A program made the position numbers and the translations under genes. Below, piece by piece: positions 13,855 through 24,415 of a stretch of DNA of 64,000 bases. This DNA comes from an uncultured Methanomicrobiaceae archaeon (GTDB lineage: Archaea; Halobacteriota; Methanomicrobia; Methanomicrobiales; Methanoculleaceae). The notes under the pieces were generated by a model. The model saw only the letters and a program-made list of their open reading frames with translations, made no database searches and had not been told where the DNA came from. The stretch's first letter is position 1. Every line of letters starts with the position of its first letter. The stretch covers positions 1,696,001-1,760,000 of the forward strand of contig CAWGXH010000004.1 of the NCBI GenBank assembly GCA_963826525.1. The letters run 5' to 3'.

Positions 13855-15581
13855 GCAGAAAGGTCGTGGAAAGTCACGGTACCTGCGATGAGCGAGCAGA
13901 TAATCTCCGGCACCTGACCGAGTGGAATGCGCACCTGGTTCATGCTGTCGCGATCGCGAATGGTAATGGTATCATCCTCTCTGGTGTCGTAATCGACGGT
14001 GATCGCAAAGGGGGTGCCGATCTCATCCTGACGGCGGTACCGCCTCCCGATTGCACCCGAATCGTCGTACTGAGCGACGATCCCCCGCTGTCCGAGCGTA
14101 TCCGCAATCTGCCGGGCGATGAGATCGAGTCCGTCACGGTTCATCAGCGGGAAGACCGCCACCTTCACCGGAGCGACGGCAGGAGGCAGCCGGAGGACTC
14201 TGCGCAGTTCGTCCTCGACCTCTTCCTCGGCGTAGGCGTGCTCGAGGACGACGTACATCATCCGGTCGATGCCATATGAGGGTTCGATGACGTGCGGCAT
14301 GACCTCCTCGCCCCGGACCTCCACCTCTTCCTCCCGGATCTGGTAGAGGTCGGCGGGGACGAAGATCTCTTCGCCTTCGACCGTCACCGTTACACCATCA
14401 GGGCCTGGTGTCGCTTCTGCCATGGCATCGGCGATTGCCTTGGCCTTACCCCGGTACTTCGGCCCGAGCACGCCCATGTCGGGAACGATACGCTTTTGAA
14501 GGGTTTTCCTGGCCTCTTCGTAGGGTATGAAGGCCGTGAAGGACGAACTGCTGGTTTTGGAGTGCGCCCGGAGATCGTAATCGGTCCGATCAGCGATGCC
14601 GACTATCTCCACCCAGCCGAAGCGCCCCGAGAAGACCTCGGCGTCCCAGCAGTCCATTGCGTAGTGAGCGCGTTCGTCGGGCATATGCTGGCGGAACCGC
14701 AGTCTCTCCGGATCGACGCCGATCGTCACCAGCAGCTCGTGGGTGAGGGCGATGTAGTAGGCGACGTATTCGTTTGCCACCACCCCTTCGTCCACAGCGT
14801 TTCGCATGGTCTTATAGACAGGGGGCTGACCCGTCTCCTGCAGACTGTAGGTGAGCAGCGGCGCCTCGTAATCAGCGTAGCGGTGGAAGGAGGGGTGCTG
14901 TTTTTCGTCAGGATGAACGAAGATCTCGGCCTCCGCCTGCGAGAACTCACGAAGCCGGATCATACCCTGCCTCGGCGAGATCTCGTTCCGGTATGACTTA
15001 CCGATCTGAACCGCACCGAACGGGAGTTTGTCGCGGTAAAAGCGCAGCAGACGTGCAAAATCGGTGAAGATCCCCTGGGCGGTCTCTGGCCGGAGGTATC
15101 CTGTCCGCTGTGATCCCGGGCCGATAGTGGTCTCAAACATCAGATTGAAGTTAAAGATGTCTGTCTCTCCCATCACTTCACCGCATGAGGGGCAGGGCAG
15201 CTCGTAGATCTTTGCCTTGAGAACCTCAGCGGAGAGGGCGCCTGCCCCCTCGACCCCATGCTCTTCGGCGATGTGATCGGCACGCAGGTACTCTCTGCAG
15301 TGGGGGCACTGGCACATCTTATCAGCGAACTCTTTCACATGACCCGATGCAACGTAGATATCTTCCGCCCCGACGGTGGGGCACTCGATCTCGTAGTACC
15401 CTTCCTGGATGATGTAGAAGTTGCGCCAGACGTTCTCGACGTTTCTCTTCATCATCGCCCCGAGAGGGCCGTAGTCGATGAAACCGGCAACCGATCCATA
15501 GATCTCCGAGGAGGGCCATACAAAGCCACGGCGCTTCGCAACCTCCATGACTTTTTCGTAGATATCGTTCATCGCGGTCAT
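13851..15581 (-). CDS. glyS: glycine--tRNA ligase (archaeal/eukaryotic type)
   Basis: LRPETAQGIF, RNEISPRQG, IEPSYGIDR, GRRYRRQDEIGTP. Confidence 0.96.
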   Translation of the reverse strand: MTAMNDIYEKVMEVAKRRGFVWPSSEIYGSVAGFIDYGPLGAMMKRNVENVWRNFYIIQEGYYEIECPTVGAEDIYVASGHVKEFADKMCQCPHCREYLRADHIAEEHGVEGAGALSAEVLKAKIYELPCPSCGEVMGETDIFNFNLMFETTIGPGSQRTGYLRPETAQGIFTDFARLLRFYRDKLPFGAVQIGKSYRNEISPRQGMIRLREFSQAEAEIFVHPDEKQHPSFHRYADYEAPLLTYSLQETGQPPVYKTMRNAVDEGVVANEYVAYYIALTHELLVTIGVDPERLRFRQHMPDERAHYAMDCWDAEVFSGRFGWVEIVGIADRTDYDLRAHSKTSSSSFTAFIPYEEARKTLQKRIVPDMGVLGPKYRGKAKAIADAMAEATPGPDGVTVTVEGEEIFVPADLYQIREEEVEVRGEEVMPHVIEPSYGIDRMMYVVLEHAYAEEEVEDELRRVLRLPPAVAPVKVAVFPLMNRDGLDLIARQIADTLGQRGIVAQYDDSGAIGRRYRRQDEIGTPFAITVDYDTREDDTITIRDRDSMNQVRIPLGQVPEIICSLIAGTVTFHDLSA

Positions 15582-15894
15582 AGTCCTGCAGTATAATTGA
15601 CTTCGGATGATTATAAGGATAGTTCCGCTCTCCCGGGCTGTACATTCTTATCGCAAATGGAAGCATTTTGCCCGAATATCCCCAAAAACTCTCTCGAACC
15701 GGATCAGATTCGTCTCATCCGCCGAAACCAGATTTCAATCCCGGTAAAATATATGGCAAGTTATATATCTGATGAGTTGTAATGTAGGGAACGTTACGTC
15801 CCCAGAGTGGGATAAGGTTAAATACGATGGGCAGTAGTGGATGTCACTTGCTCTGCCTGTGAGAGGTAACTGATTCGGAGAAGAGAGAACGGCC

Positions 15895-16503
15895 ATGCCA
15901 GAAGATACTCGCAAGAAACAGCTCCTCGAGCTGTTCACAAACATCACGAGCAAGACGAAGATCGTTGAGCCGATGAAGAAGATTCACGGTACGTTACGCG
16001 ATCGGGAGGCCATCGAACGCGAAATAGCCCTGATTATGCGGGAGATCCTGGATCAGGGTCACTTCAAGACGAAGCTTTCCCCGAGGCACCTTGCGAAACT
16101 GGTCGCTGCGTACTATGACGGCAAAAACGATACTGAGATAGCGAGGGCACTTGGCGACGAAAAGCTGAGTAAAACGGTGGCACGTGCCCGGGTTCGTCTC
16201 AAACTCTTCAGGGATCTTGACTTTAAGATGCCTTTTGACCGGTATAGTATGGAGGCGCTCCTCGAGTCAGGGAAGACCATGAAGGAAGTTAGTGAAGAGC
16301 TCGACGTGAGCCCTTCCACGCTTCGTGAGTACCGCCACGTGATCGAACAGGAAGCCGACACCACGCTGGACCCGTATCTTGAGCGGATCAGGGACGTCAT
16401 GGAGGATCGCGATCTCTCCGAGCAGATGACGCGCGGTGTTGCGAACGATGGTCTGAGTGAGGCCATCGATATCGCCGAAGCAATCGATATGTCCGAACTC
16501 TGA
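15895..16503 (+). CDS. double-HTH protein resembling haloarchaeal conditioned-medium-induced protein 4
   Basis: YDGKNDTEIARAL...TVARARVRLKLFR and EVSEELDVSPSTLREYR HTH-like segments; C-terminal DGLSEA; family recalled, not searched. Confidence 0.7.
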   Translation: MPEDTRKKQLLELFTNITSKTKIVEPMKKIHGTLRDREAIEREIALIMREILDQGHFKTKLSPRHLAKLVAAYYDGKNDTEIARALGDEKLSKTVARARVRLKLFRDLDFKMPFDRYSMEALLESGKTMKEVSEELDVSPSTLREYRHVIEQEADTTLDPYLERIRDVMEDRDLSEQMTRGVANDGLSEAIDIAEAIDMSEL

Positions 16504-17496
16504 TGCTTCGGCTCCTCACTCTATTTTCAAACACATTTTTCCCGTACGGGTATCCGTACGAGCGGCCTCTCCGCCGGCCGTGACCGGGATGCCCTCAGGA
16601 GGAATACCGTTCCACGAATATCTGAACGGGCCGCCCGGATCGATCCCCGCGCTGTCGCTCTGCAGGCAGGTCTCTCAGGCTCCGGCATCCCGTGCATCCG
16701 GAGACGCTTCATCCCCGGGGTTTGTCGTGCATGATCGAGAGGCGGCGTACCGGCAGCAGTATCTCTATGGTGGGATGTGGGTCTCCTCCCTGACGGAGAC
16801 CGTGGCCGGCTCCCCGTTCCGGCAGAATCTCTGCCGGATGAACTCTGTTGAACTCCTTGCAACGGCAGATTTTTGCTTGATCTCTTCCCGGGAGGTTTCA
16901 TGGTGCCTGGATCTTCGGGCACTGCGGCGATATTCCGGTAGGGTCGACTATGGGGGTAGGGTAGGCAGCATCACGCGACCGATAAGCAGCCGCCCGCATC
17001 GCCCGCCCGGGCCGGGAGATGCTCACGGCTGCTGCTTCGGTTCAGGTACGTTTATATGTCTGCAACCCGGGGCAAATCCTCCGGAATTTCGACCCTCACA
17101 GAAGCCCGCAGGCGGCCGATCTCCACCTCGGGAAGGGTATCCATCCTCTCAAAATTACTGCCGCTCATACGGGCGTTATAAATCTAAGGATATCCGGTAT
17201 TTTTTGAATCAGACGCGTATAATTCGTTAAATTTTAGTGCCAAAATCCGGTTCATAAAGCCTTCGTCAAAATAGAAAAATGACCCCAATTTGCCTTTCTT
17301 TCAGGACGGAGAAAGGGGATCCCCCTCTCTCCGGTATGATTGCCACCTCCCGTTCCGGGGATGCGCATGGGAGACACGCCGTGGACAACCGTCTCCTTGT
17401 AAGAGGAATTCTACAAAGCCGCCGAATGGGTAAACCCCGATGTACGGCTGTGGGATCAAACATTTTATGTATTCCCCGTAGACAATAGCTCTTCCC

Positions 17497-18171
17497 ATGA
17501 AACTGACCTGGTTTGGCCACTCCTGTTTCCTTCTTGAAGGGTCGAAGAAGATCCTCATTGATCCCTTCGTGCCGTCAGGGGATATCGGCGTTGAGCCTGA
17601 TATTGTCGCGGTCACGCACGCCCATGCCGACCATCTGGGAATAGCGGCAGACCTTCGGGTGACGACCGTGGCCGTTAATGAAGTGGCCAACTACCTCGCC
17701 CGGCAGGATGTCCCGACCGAACCGATGAACATCGGCGGCACCATTACCGTCGACGGCATCCGGTTCACTATGACACCTGCTCTCCACTCCTCCTGGCTTG
17801 AGGATGCAGGACCCGGGTTTTACGGCGGTGTCGCCGCCGGCTACGTCATCGGGATGGACGGCCTGCGGGTGTATCATGCCGGCGATACCGGTCTCTTCTC
17901 GGATATGCAGCTCGTCAGGGATCTGTACCGGCCTGATGTTGCGCTGCTTCCTATTGGAGGGCGGTATACTATGGGTCCGGATGAGGCGATGATCGCGGCG
18001 CAGTACATTGGTGCGAAGGTGGTGATTCCGATGCATTACGGAACCTTCCCGCGCATCGAGCAGGACGTGCAGCCGTTCAAGCACGCCCTTGAACGGACGA
18101 CCTCAATTCGGGTGGAGATCCTCGCTCCGGGCGGCTCTCTTGAGATCAATCCGGACACTTTCGGGAGATAG
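17497..18171 (+). CDS. metallo-beta-lactamase-fold hydrolase (UPF0173)
   Basis: WFGHSCF, THAHADH, YHAGDT, PMHYGTF. Confidence 0.92.
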   Translation: MKLTWFGHSCFLLEGSKKILIDPFVPSGDIGVEPDIVAVTHAHADHLGIAADLRVTTVAVNEVANYLARQDVPTEPMNIGGTITVDGIRFTMTPALHSSWLEDAGPGFYGGVAAGYVIGMDGLRVYHAGDTGLFSDMQLVRDLYRPDVALLPIGGRYTMGPDEAMIAAQYIGAKVVIPMHYGTFPRIEQDVQPFKHALERTTSIRVEILAPGGSLEINPDTFGR

Positions 18172-18919
18172 GATAGTTCTCCTGCCGGTACGATCACCCC
18201 TGCTGCCTACCGGTATCCCGGTGCCCCCCTTCGTCATCGGGGTGGGAACTCTTTACCTGGTGCTTCATACTGTATAGATCCCCGATCCGGGCGCACTCAC
18301 GGCTGCTGGTTTCAGGGCGGGGATCTTCATTGCCATCGGCGCCTATGGTAACTCTCCTCCCTGACGCTCAAGAGGGAAAAAGAGCGCTACTAGAGCATAT
18401 CTGACATCTCCGAGGCACATACTTCGCATGGCCTGAGTCGCTTGCTTTTATCGATCTGAACCGATGTTTTTCACTCCTGCCCGGATTACCCGCCTGAGAT
18501 ATCCAAAGGTCTGTCTCCTGGGCGGAGCAACGCCGGTATGTACCGGGCGGGCAGGATGCCGTCAGGTTCATCGTCCGTGACGACGATCTTGGGATGTCAC
18601 CCGCAACGAGCAAAGCCGGAGACGGCTCTCTCGGGTTAAAACCGGTGAGCGTTCTCATACATCCGCTGAGCGGCATTCTTCGTCTGAAGTGTGAATCTGG
18701 AATAGTATTCGAACTTACTGTCCGGCAGAGGATGACTTCAGAGGGGGCTTCCTATGGGGGCTGCGGCGTTGCAATGCCCACTCGAAAGGATCGGTATCTC
18801 TATGTTAGGTGCATTCTCTGTTTTCGTCACTGAATTCCTCCGTTTCTGCCGATGCACAAAATTTTTATGCGGTGACCGAAGAGTAGCGCCGTCGAGATAG
18901 TCGACCGTGAGGTACATGT

Positions 18920-19882
18920 ATGAAGAGAGAATTTACCACCCCCGGTGGTGAGGGGCGGCTCCAGTCTCCGACAGCCAGGCAGAGCCCGCCGTATCCCCCC
19001 GGAGAAGGCAAAGTCAAACTGGTCACCACAGACTGGCTCGAGGATCACCTGCAGGATAGCGACCTTCGGATACTCGATGTGCAGCCGAACGTTCATGATT
19101 ATATCCAGGAGCACATCCCGGGAGCGCTCTATCTCAACGAAGGGATTCTCAGAGTGCCTGCTCATGGTTTCCCGACCTCATACGGTCCTATTGCCTGCCT
19201 GCAGGAGTCGTTCCGGCGTGTCGGGCTTGAGGCCGACTCCCCGGTTGTCGTCTACACCGGCAAAGGATCTTTCTCCGGGTGGGGCGACGGTCTTGGGCAG
19301 ACGATGATGGCCTACTCACTGGCGAAGTTTGGCCATAATCGCGTATACATTCTCGACGGCGGCCTTGATGCGTGGAAGAGTGAGAAGCGGGAGCTCTCGC
19401 AGGATTTCCCGTCGGTCGAGCCGTCCGGGTTTACCGCGGAGGTGCGCGGTGAGTACCCCATTGGGTATGAGGACTTTATGCAGACGAAAGACCGCGATGA
19501 TGTCATCGTGCTTGATGCCCGGCCGGCTAAGTTTTACGAAGGGCAGGGTCCGTGGAGAAAACCCGGGCATATCCCCGGTGCGGTCAGCCTGCCGTGGAGG
19601 AGCCTGATGGATCCGGAGAACCCGGCACTCCTCAAGCCGAACAGCGAGGTGATCGATATCCTGGAGCAGCATAACATCGACCGGAACAAAACAGTCATCT
19701 GCTCCTGCGGCACCGGCAGGGAGGCGACGAACGAGTTTGTCCTCTTTAAGTGGTACTTCGAATACCCGAGGGTCAGGCTCTACGAAGGATCCTATACCGA
19801 GTGGGTCGCGCATCCGGAGAACGAGACTGTGGAGGGTAAAGAGCCGGGAAAGCAGCGTGTAGTGGCTGCTCAGACGAGCTGA
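18920..19882 (+). CDS. tandem-domain sulfurtransferase (rhodanese)
   Basis: Two HIPGA motifs, ILDGGLDAW, active-site CGTGREA, LYEGSYTEW. Confidence 0.92.
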   Translation: MKREFTTPGGEGRLQSPTARQSPPYPPGEGKVKLVTTDWLEDHLQDSDLRILDVQPNVHDYIQEHIPGALYLNEGILRVPAHGFPTSYGPIACLQESFRRVGLEADSPVVVYTGKGSFSGWGDGLGQTMMAYSLAKFGHNRVYILDGGLDAWKSEKRELSQDFPSVEPSGFTAEVRGEYPIGYEDFMQTKDRDDVIVLDARPAKFYEGQGPWRKPGHIPGAVSLPWRSLMDPENPALLKPNSEVIDILEQHNIDRNKTVICSCGTGREATNEFVLFKWYFEYPRVRLYEGSYTEWVAHPENETVEGKEPGKQRVVAAQTS

Positions 19883-19937
19883 AGGTACTCTGAGCCCGGC
19901 AAGCGAACAAAACATTTATTTCTCATTTTTCACAAAA

Positions 19938-19952
19938 TCAAAACTTATATAT
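19938..19952 (+). promoter_or_regulatory. BRE/TATA promoter with no long ORF downstream
   Basis: tcaaaac-TTATATAT just after the rhodanese T-rich terminator. Confidence 0.55.
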
Positions 19953-19974
19953 GTAGTATGCGTACAAATACGAC

Positions 19975-20080
19975 ATAGAGAGAATACCGGATCCAATGCA
20001 AGACACTTCCCCCCTTGACGTCGTCTTCTTGTGAATCCTATTCTCTCTATATGCCGTCTCCGGATCGTCTTCTCTCTTTC
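19975..20080 (+). ncRNA. candidate structured small RNA
   Basis: Perfect 12-bp stem ATAGAGAGAATA (19975-19986)/TATTCTCTCTAT (20039-20050) plus inner stems, starting ~23 nt after the TATA box; pyrimidine tract at 20069-20080. Confidence 0.4.
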
Positions 20081-20865
20081 CTGCCGTTTTGCCCGGTACT
20101 TCTCCTGGCAGGCCGTAATATGCGTCCTCTCTGGTTTTGATATCCCGTGCGAGCCTTGCCGCTATCGATACGACGTATCTCTCCTGGCGTACCACCGGCC
20201 GGTTTGTTCGCGCCCGGCAGACGTCCTTCGGGGTTGGTTCCTACAATTCTCAAAGCACCGTTTGGTGAAGAATCGGTGGTCTCGTTGAGGTGATTCTGCC
20301 CTTCGGACGAGTGCGGCATCCCGGCGATGATCACGCCGTGATGGGGCAGCGGTACATGGTATGATGGTTGCTTCCTGGCTCTCCTGCTGTGCTGCGGATC
20401 TTGTACTGACGCTCCCTACTTTACCGACAACGCCGCCGCAGTCTCCGGATACTGCCGGTTGCGTCGATGAACCGGTACATCTGTCCGCATATATTCCCTA
20501 ACCGTGCCGGCTTCTGAAGGCGACGGCGTCGGCGGAAGTGCATTCGCCACTGGGGCATTCCGAAACTGCACCCGAAATAACCTCTGGAACGTTGCCCCCC
20601 TCTTTTCGAGTACCTCCTGCGTAAGTATCTCAGGGACACGGTGCAGCCCTGTTTTTCTCCCGGTACCTCCTGCACTCCTTTGAAGGCTGCTTCGGCCATC
20701 CATGTGCGTGTAACCGTAGCGGCCGGGGGACGATCGGAACCTGCACCATCCCGGGTGCGAATCGGACTTTCTTCTGAAGAATATCTTCGGCGAGTCAGAG
20801 GATCGATTCGAGCGCAGGTAGTTCATCAGGTGAACCCTCTGCCGCTCCCGGGTATCCAAACCTAT

Positions 20866-22541
20866 ATGGAACGCGATGAGCATACCTCTCTCTCCGTGGT
20901 ACGGGTGGCGGCCGAAATGATGGATGACCTCCGGACTGGCTTTGCAATACCGTTCTCCCTTCGCGTCGGTGTTATCGGGCACGTTGCCGTCTTCGGCGAG
21001 GAGCATGCGCGCGACGGGATACGGACAGTGCTGCGCCGTCTGGACGAGATCCTGCGCAAAACCCCCCATTCGTTCACGGTGGTCTCGTCATGCATCGATG
21101 AGGCCTTTGAGCCGGTAATCGAGGAGATTCTGGCCTCATCCGACGGGATGGAGAGGGGAACCTCGCGGTACGAGGTCGTCCTCCTCTCATCGCCTGCCGA
21201 GTGCATTGTGAACCTCGAGACCGATCGGGAGCAGGATGCCTTCAGGCGCCTTCTTGGGCGCGCATCGTTGGTCAAGGTGATTGACGAGTCCGGGACGGAG
21301 GCCGGCACTGCCCACGAGGTCACCGGCCAGCATATCATCCAAACCTGCGATCTTCTCCTCGTTGTCTGGGACGGCCTCGGCGACCCTGACCCCGGGAGCA
21401 CCGCCCACCTGGTCAGGTATGCCAGAATGACCGGCAGGACACTTTTCTGGGTTCACCCCGTGACCGGCAGAGTGGTTGAGGAGCGGCACGAGGACGGGAT
21501 CCTCGAATCGCTTGAGGACCTCAATGCGTACAACGGCGAGGAGGCCGGCGTTGAAGAGGTCGGCCGGATCTGTGCGGAACGGCGCGACTGGCTCGCCAGG
21601 AAGATGCAGATGTCCGGGCTTCCTGCGGATCTCCTCAAACCGCTCTCCCGGACAATGCTCCGGGATTACGCACGCGCACGCCTGCTGACCACCCGGTACC
21701 GGAAACGGTATATGCGTGCGGGGAGCGCGGTCTATGCCCTCGCCGCCCTCGCCGTCGCAACGGTCACTATCCAGACCCTCTTCTTCCCTGATTATCCGGA
21801 GTTGCTCTGGTTCGAGGTCGCCGAGATCGGCATCATCCTGCTTCTGCTGATGGCATCACGAACGGGAGGATGGCACCGGAAATGGATCGACTATCGATTT
21901 CTGACCGAGCGGATCATGGCCGGCTTCTTCATGAGCATCATCTGCGTACGGTGCGAAAAACCGACTGCGTCAGGCCATGTGAGCCTCTTTCATCGTTCGA
22001 ATGACTGGATGCTGCTTGCATTCGAGGGGATCCTCGATCGACGCCCGCTTGAGTACCTGCAACATCGATATCCCCTTTGGGCCGCTGAAGGCATTCCTGT
22101 CGGCTGCATGGATCGACGACCGGCTCGCCTGTTACACGAAGAACAGCGTGTGGAACCGACAGTGGTATACTCTGCTTGCAGAGGCCGGAGAAGTTCTCTT
22201 CGCCGTCACGCTCGTCGCCGCCGCAATTCATGCTTCCGGACTCGACAGCTCTGAGATTCTCTCACTGCTACACCATTCCCGGGCGCTCCCGGCGATAACA
22301 ATCATCCTTCCCGCTATCGGTGCAGGGCTTGCAGGCTATCCGGGTTCAGCGCGAGTATCTGAGAAACTCGGAGCGCTACGCACATCTGGTGCGGCATCTC
22401 TCCACCCTCAGCAGCCGGATTAAGCGGGCGGAAGATATGGATGAACTGATCGACCTCCTCAAAGAAGCCAACGAGATTACGCTCCGGGAGCAGCAGGACT
22501 GGCGGATCATGTTCCTCTTCCGCGATCTCGAGACGCCGTAG
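20866..22541 (+). CDS. SLOG-like domain fused to two SLATT (DUF4231-like) 2TM modules; frameshifts near 22057 and 22335
   Basis: LRVGVIGH, TCDLLLVVWDG...GSTAHLVRYA (SLOG-like); TM pair + WHRKWIDYRFLTERI; second TM pair + EYLRNSERY...REQQDWR; three ORFs join by removing two bases. Confidence 0.72.
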
Positions 22542-22886
22542 ACGAACTTTTCCGGCAGGGGATCGCCCTTCCACTATTGCCGGGTTCCAGAGCGCACAAT
22601 GTTCTGATCGCCGCCCGGAGGCACTCTCTCGTATACCGATGCCTATATGCCGCGGTATGGAACTCTATCCCTCGTCTCTATCGTCTCGTCAGCCATACCG
22701 CGCTCCGGCAGAAGAATGTCGTTGCCGCCTCTGTCGGGCACATTGCAGAGAGCATACGGAAGCTCGGTGAAGCTCCGAGAACGTAATCAACGACCTCGTG
22801 AGTAGAGAGGTGTCGATACGGCAAGCAGTGCCCTGGGAAAGTATCAATTACTTCTCCTGAGTATATCGCACCGGAAGGTGCCCTGC

Positions 22887-23276
22887 ATGAGTGCGGAGAT
22901 CGTTGAGGTTTCTGATCAGACCTGGGAGAAGACCGTCGAAAAAGGAGAAAAACCTGCTATTGTCATGTTTTACAGTCCTGCGTGCCCGTACTGTCGGACG
23001 ATGGAGCCTTACTTCAAAAATTTCGCCGATAGGTACGGTGATGTCCTCCTCTTCGCCCGGTTAAATATTACGTCGAGTTTGTGGACCGCCGAGCGGTACG
23101 GTGTTCGAGGGACACCGACATTCAAGTTCTTCTGCATGGGGCGCCCCATCGAGGAACTGGTGGGAGCAGTCTATCCTGCGATGCTGGAAAAAAGGATCGA
23201 GGATCTCCTCGCACATGGTGAGGCGTGCGTCCGGAGCTCCACCGCCATCGATTACGAGATCACCGGATACGGATAG
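22887..23276 (+). CDS. thioredoxin family protein
   Basis: FYSPACPYC, YGVRGTPTF. Confidence 0.88.
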   Translation: MSAEIVEVSDQTWEKTVEKGEKPAIVMFYSPACPYCRTMEPYFKNFADRYGDVLLFARLNITSSLWTAERYGVRGTPTFKFFCMGRPIEELVGAVYPAMLEKRIEDLLAHGEACVRSSTAIDYEITGYG

Positions 23277-23398
23277 TCCCGGGACAGATTCTCCCGTATC
23301 GATAGTCTGCCGATGCCTTTTTTTGAAGGGGACGATATCGGGGGCATCTCCGGCAAAAACATTATGATATTTCAGTCTATGATAGACTCCCCGGCAGC

Positions 23399-24388
23399 AT
23401 GAAGAAGATCCTGATTCACGTAAGGGGAGAGGACTATGAGGGCGTAAAGGCGGCTCTTGATGAGCTCTACTACGTCACCGACCATGTGGGGGACATCTAC
23501 GAGATTATCCTCTTTACGCCGGATGCAGAGGTCAATTCCCTCATCGACAAGATTCGGGAGGCTATCGATCTCCGGTACAACGAGAATATGATCGAGGTCA
23601 CATCGCCGGAGTTTGTTATCTCGACCTACCTCCAGCGCGCCGAGAAGAAAGCCGAGGAGAAAGATGAAACCACCCCTGCTGAAAAACTCTTACGCTCCGT
23701 GGAACAGTATACCGAACTTGATCTCACCAAAATCGCTCTGACGTCCATCGCCGGGCTCGTTGCTCTCTCCGGATTATTCCTGAACAACCCGGTCATCATC
23801 ATCGGTGCCATGCTCCTCTCGCCGATCATCGGGCCGATATACAGTTTTGCCATCAACATTGCTCTTGGGAGGCTGGAAGATGCCCTCCGCAGCGTGGGCG
23901 TCCTTCTGGCGCTCCTCGGATCCGTACTCCTGCTCTCGGTGATCGCCACATTTGTCATTAACCTCTTCATCCCGCTCCCGATCACGGATGAGATCGTCGC
24001 GCGTATCATCATGAATCCCATCTATATTATTATGGGAATACTGCTCGGGTTTGCCGCGGTACTCGCATTTACCCGGGAAACACCTGAGACTATTGCGGGT
24101 GTAGCAATCGCCGCCGCCCTGCTCCCGCCGGTCGTGGTGACCGGTATCGTCCTCGTGCTCCAGCCGATCAGCGCCATCTCGTCCGGCATCCTCGTGCTCG
24201 ATCAGATCATCGGGCTCATGGCCGGGGGGCTCCTTGCCGTTCTGGTGCTGCAGATCGGGCCGCGGGAGTCCCGGGAGCAGATCGCTGCCGAGAAGTATAT
24301 CATCCGGTCGGCCGTAATCTTCGCTCTTCTCCTCGGCCTGCTCGTGGTCATATCTCTGCTGCTTGGGCCTGACGGAGGGTTCCTGTAA
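23399..24388 (+). CDS. TIGR00341 / DUF389 family membrane protein
   Basis: IIGAMLLSPIIGP and GVAIAAALLPP motifs. Confidence 0.88.
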   Translation: MKKILIHVRGEDYEGVKAALDELYYVTDHVGDIYEIILFTPDAEVNSLIDKIREAIDLRYNENMIEVTSPEFVISTYLQRAEKKAEEKDETTPAEKLLRSVEQYTELDLTKIALTSIAGLVALSGLFLNNPVIIIGAMLLSPIIGPIYSFAINIALGRLEDALRSVGVLLALLGSVLLLSVIATFVINLFIPLPITDEIVARIIMNPIYIIMGILLGFAAVLAFTRETPETIAGVAIAAALLPPVVVTGIVLVLQPISAISSGILVLDQIIGLMAGGLLAVLVLQIGPRESREQIAAEKYIIRSAVIFALLLGLLVVISLLLGPDGGFL

Positions 24389-24415
24389 AATAATTCGGTG
24401 TTCCTGCCGGTGATG

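Noticed and set aside
16457-17230. 257-aa ORF and other long ORFs in intergenic gaps (16527-16922, 20416-21069, 38225-38581)
   Set aside because: Pro/Arg/Ser-rich, no motifs or RBS; typical GC-rich spurious frames
20360-20410. C/D-box sRNA (ATGATGG ... CTGA, ~50 nt)
   Set aside because: Imperfect C box, no clear C'/D' boxes, no target I can identify
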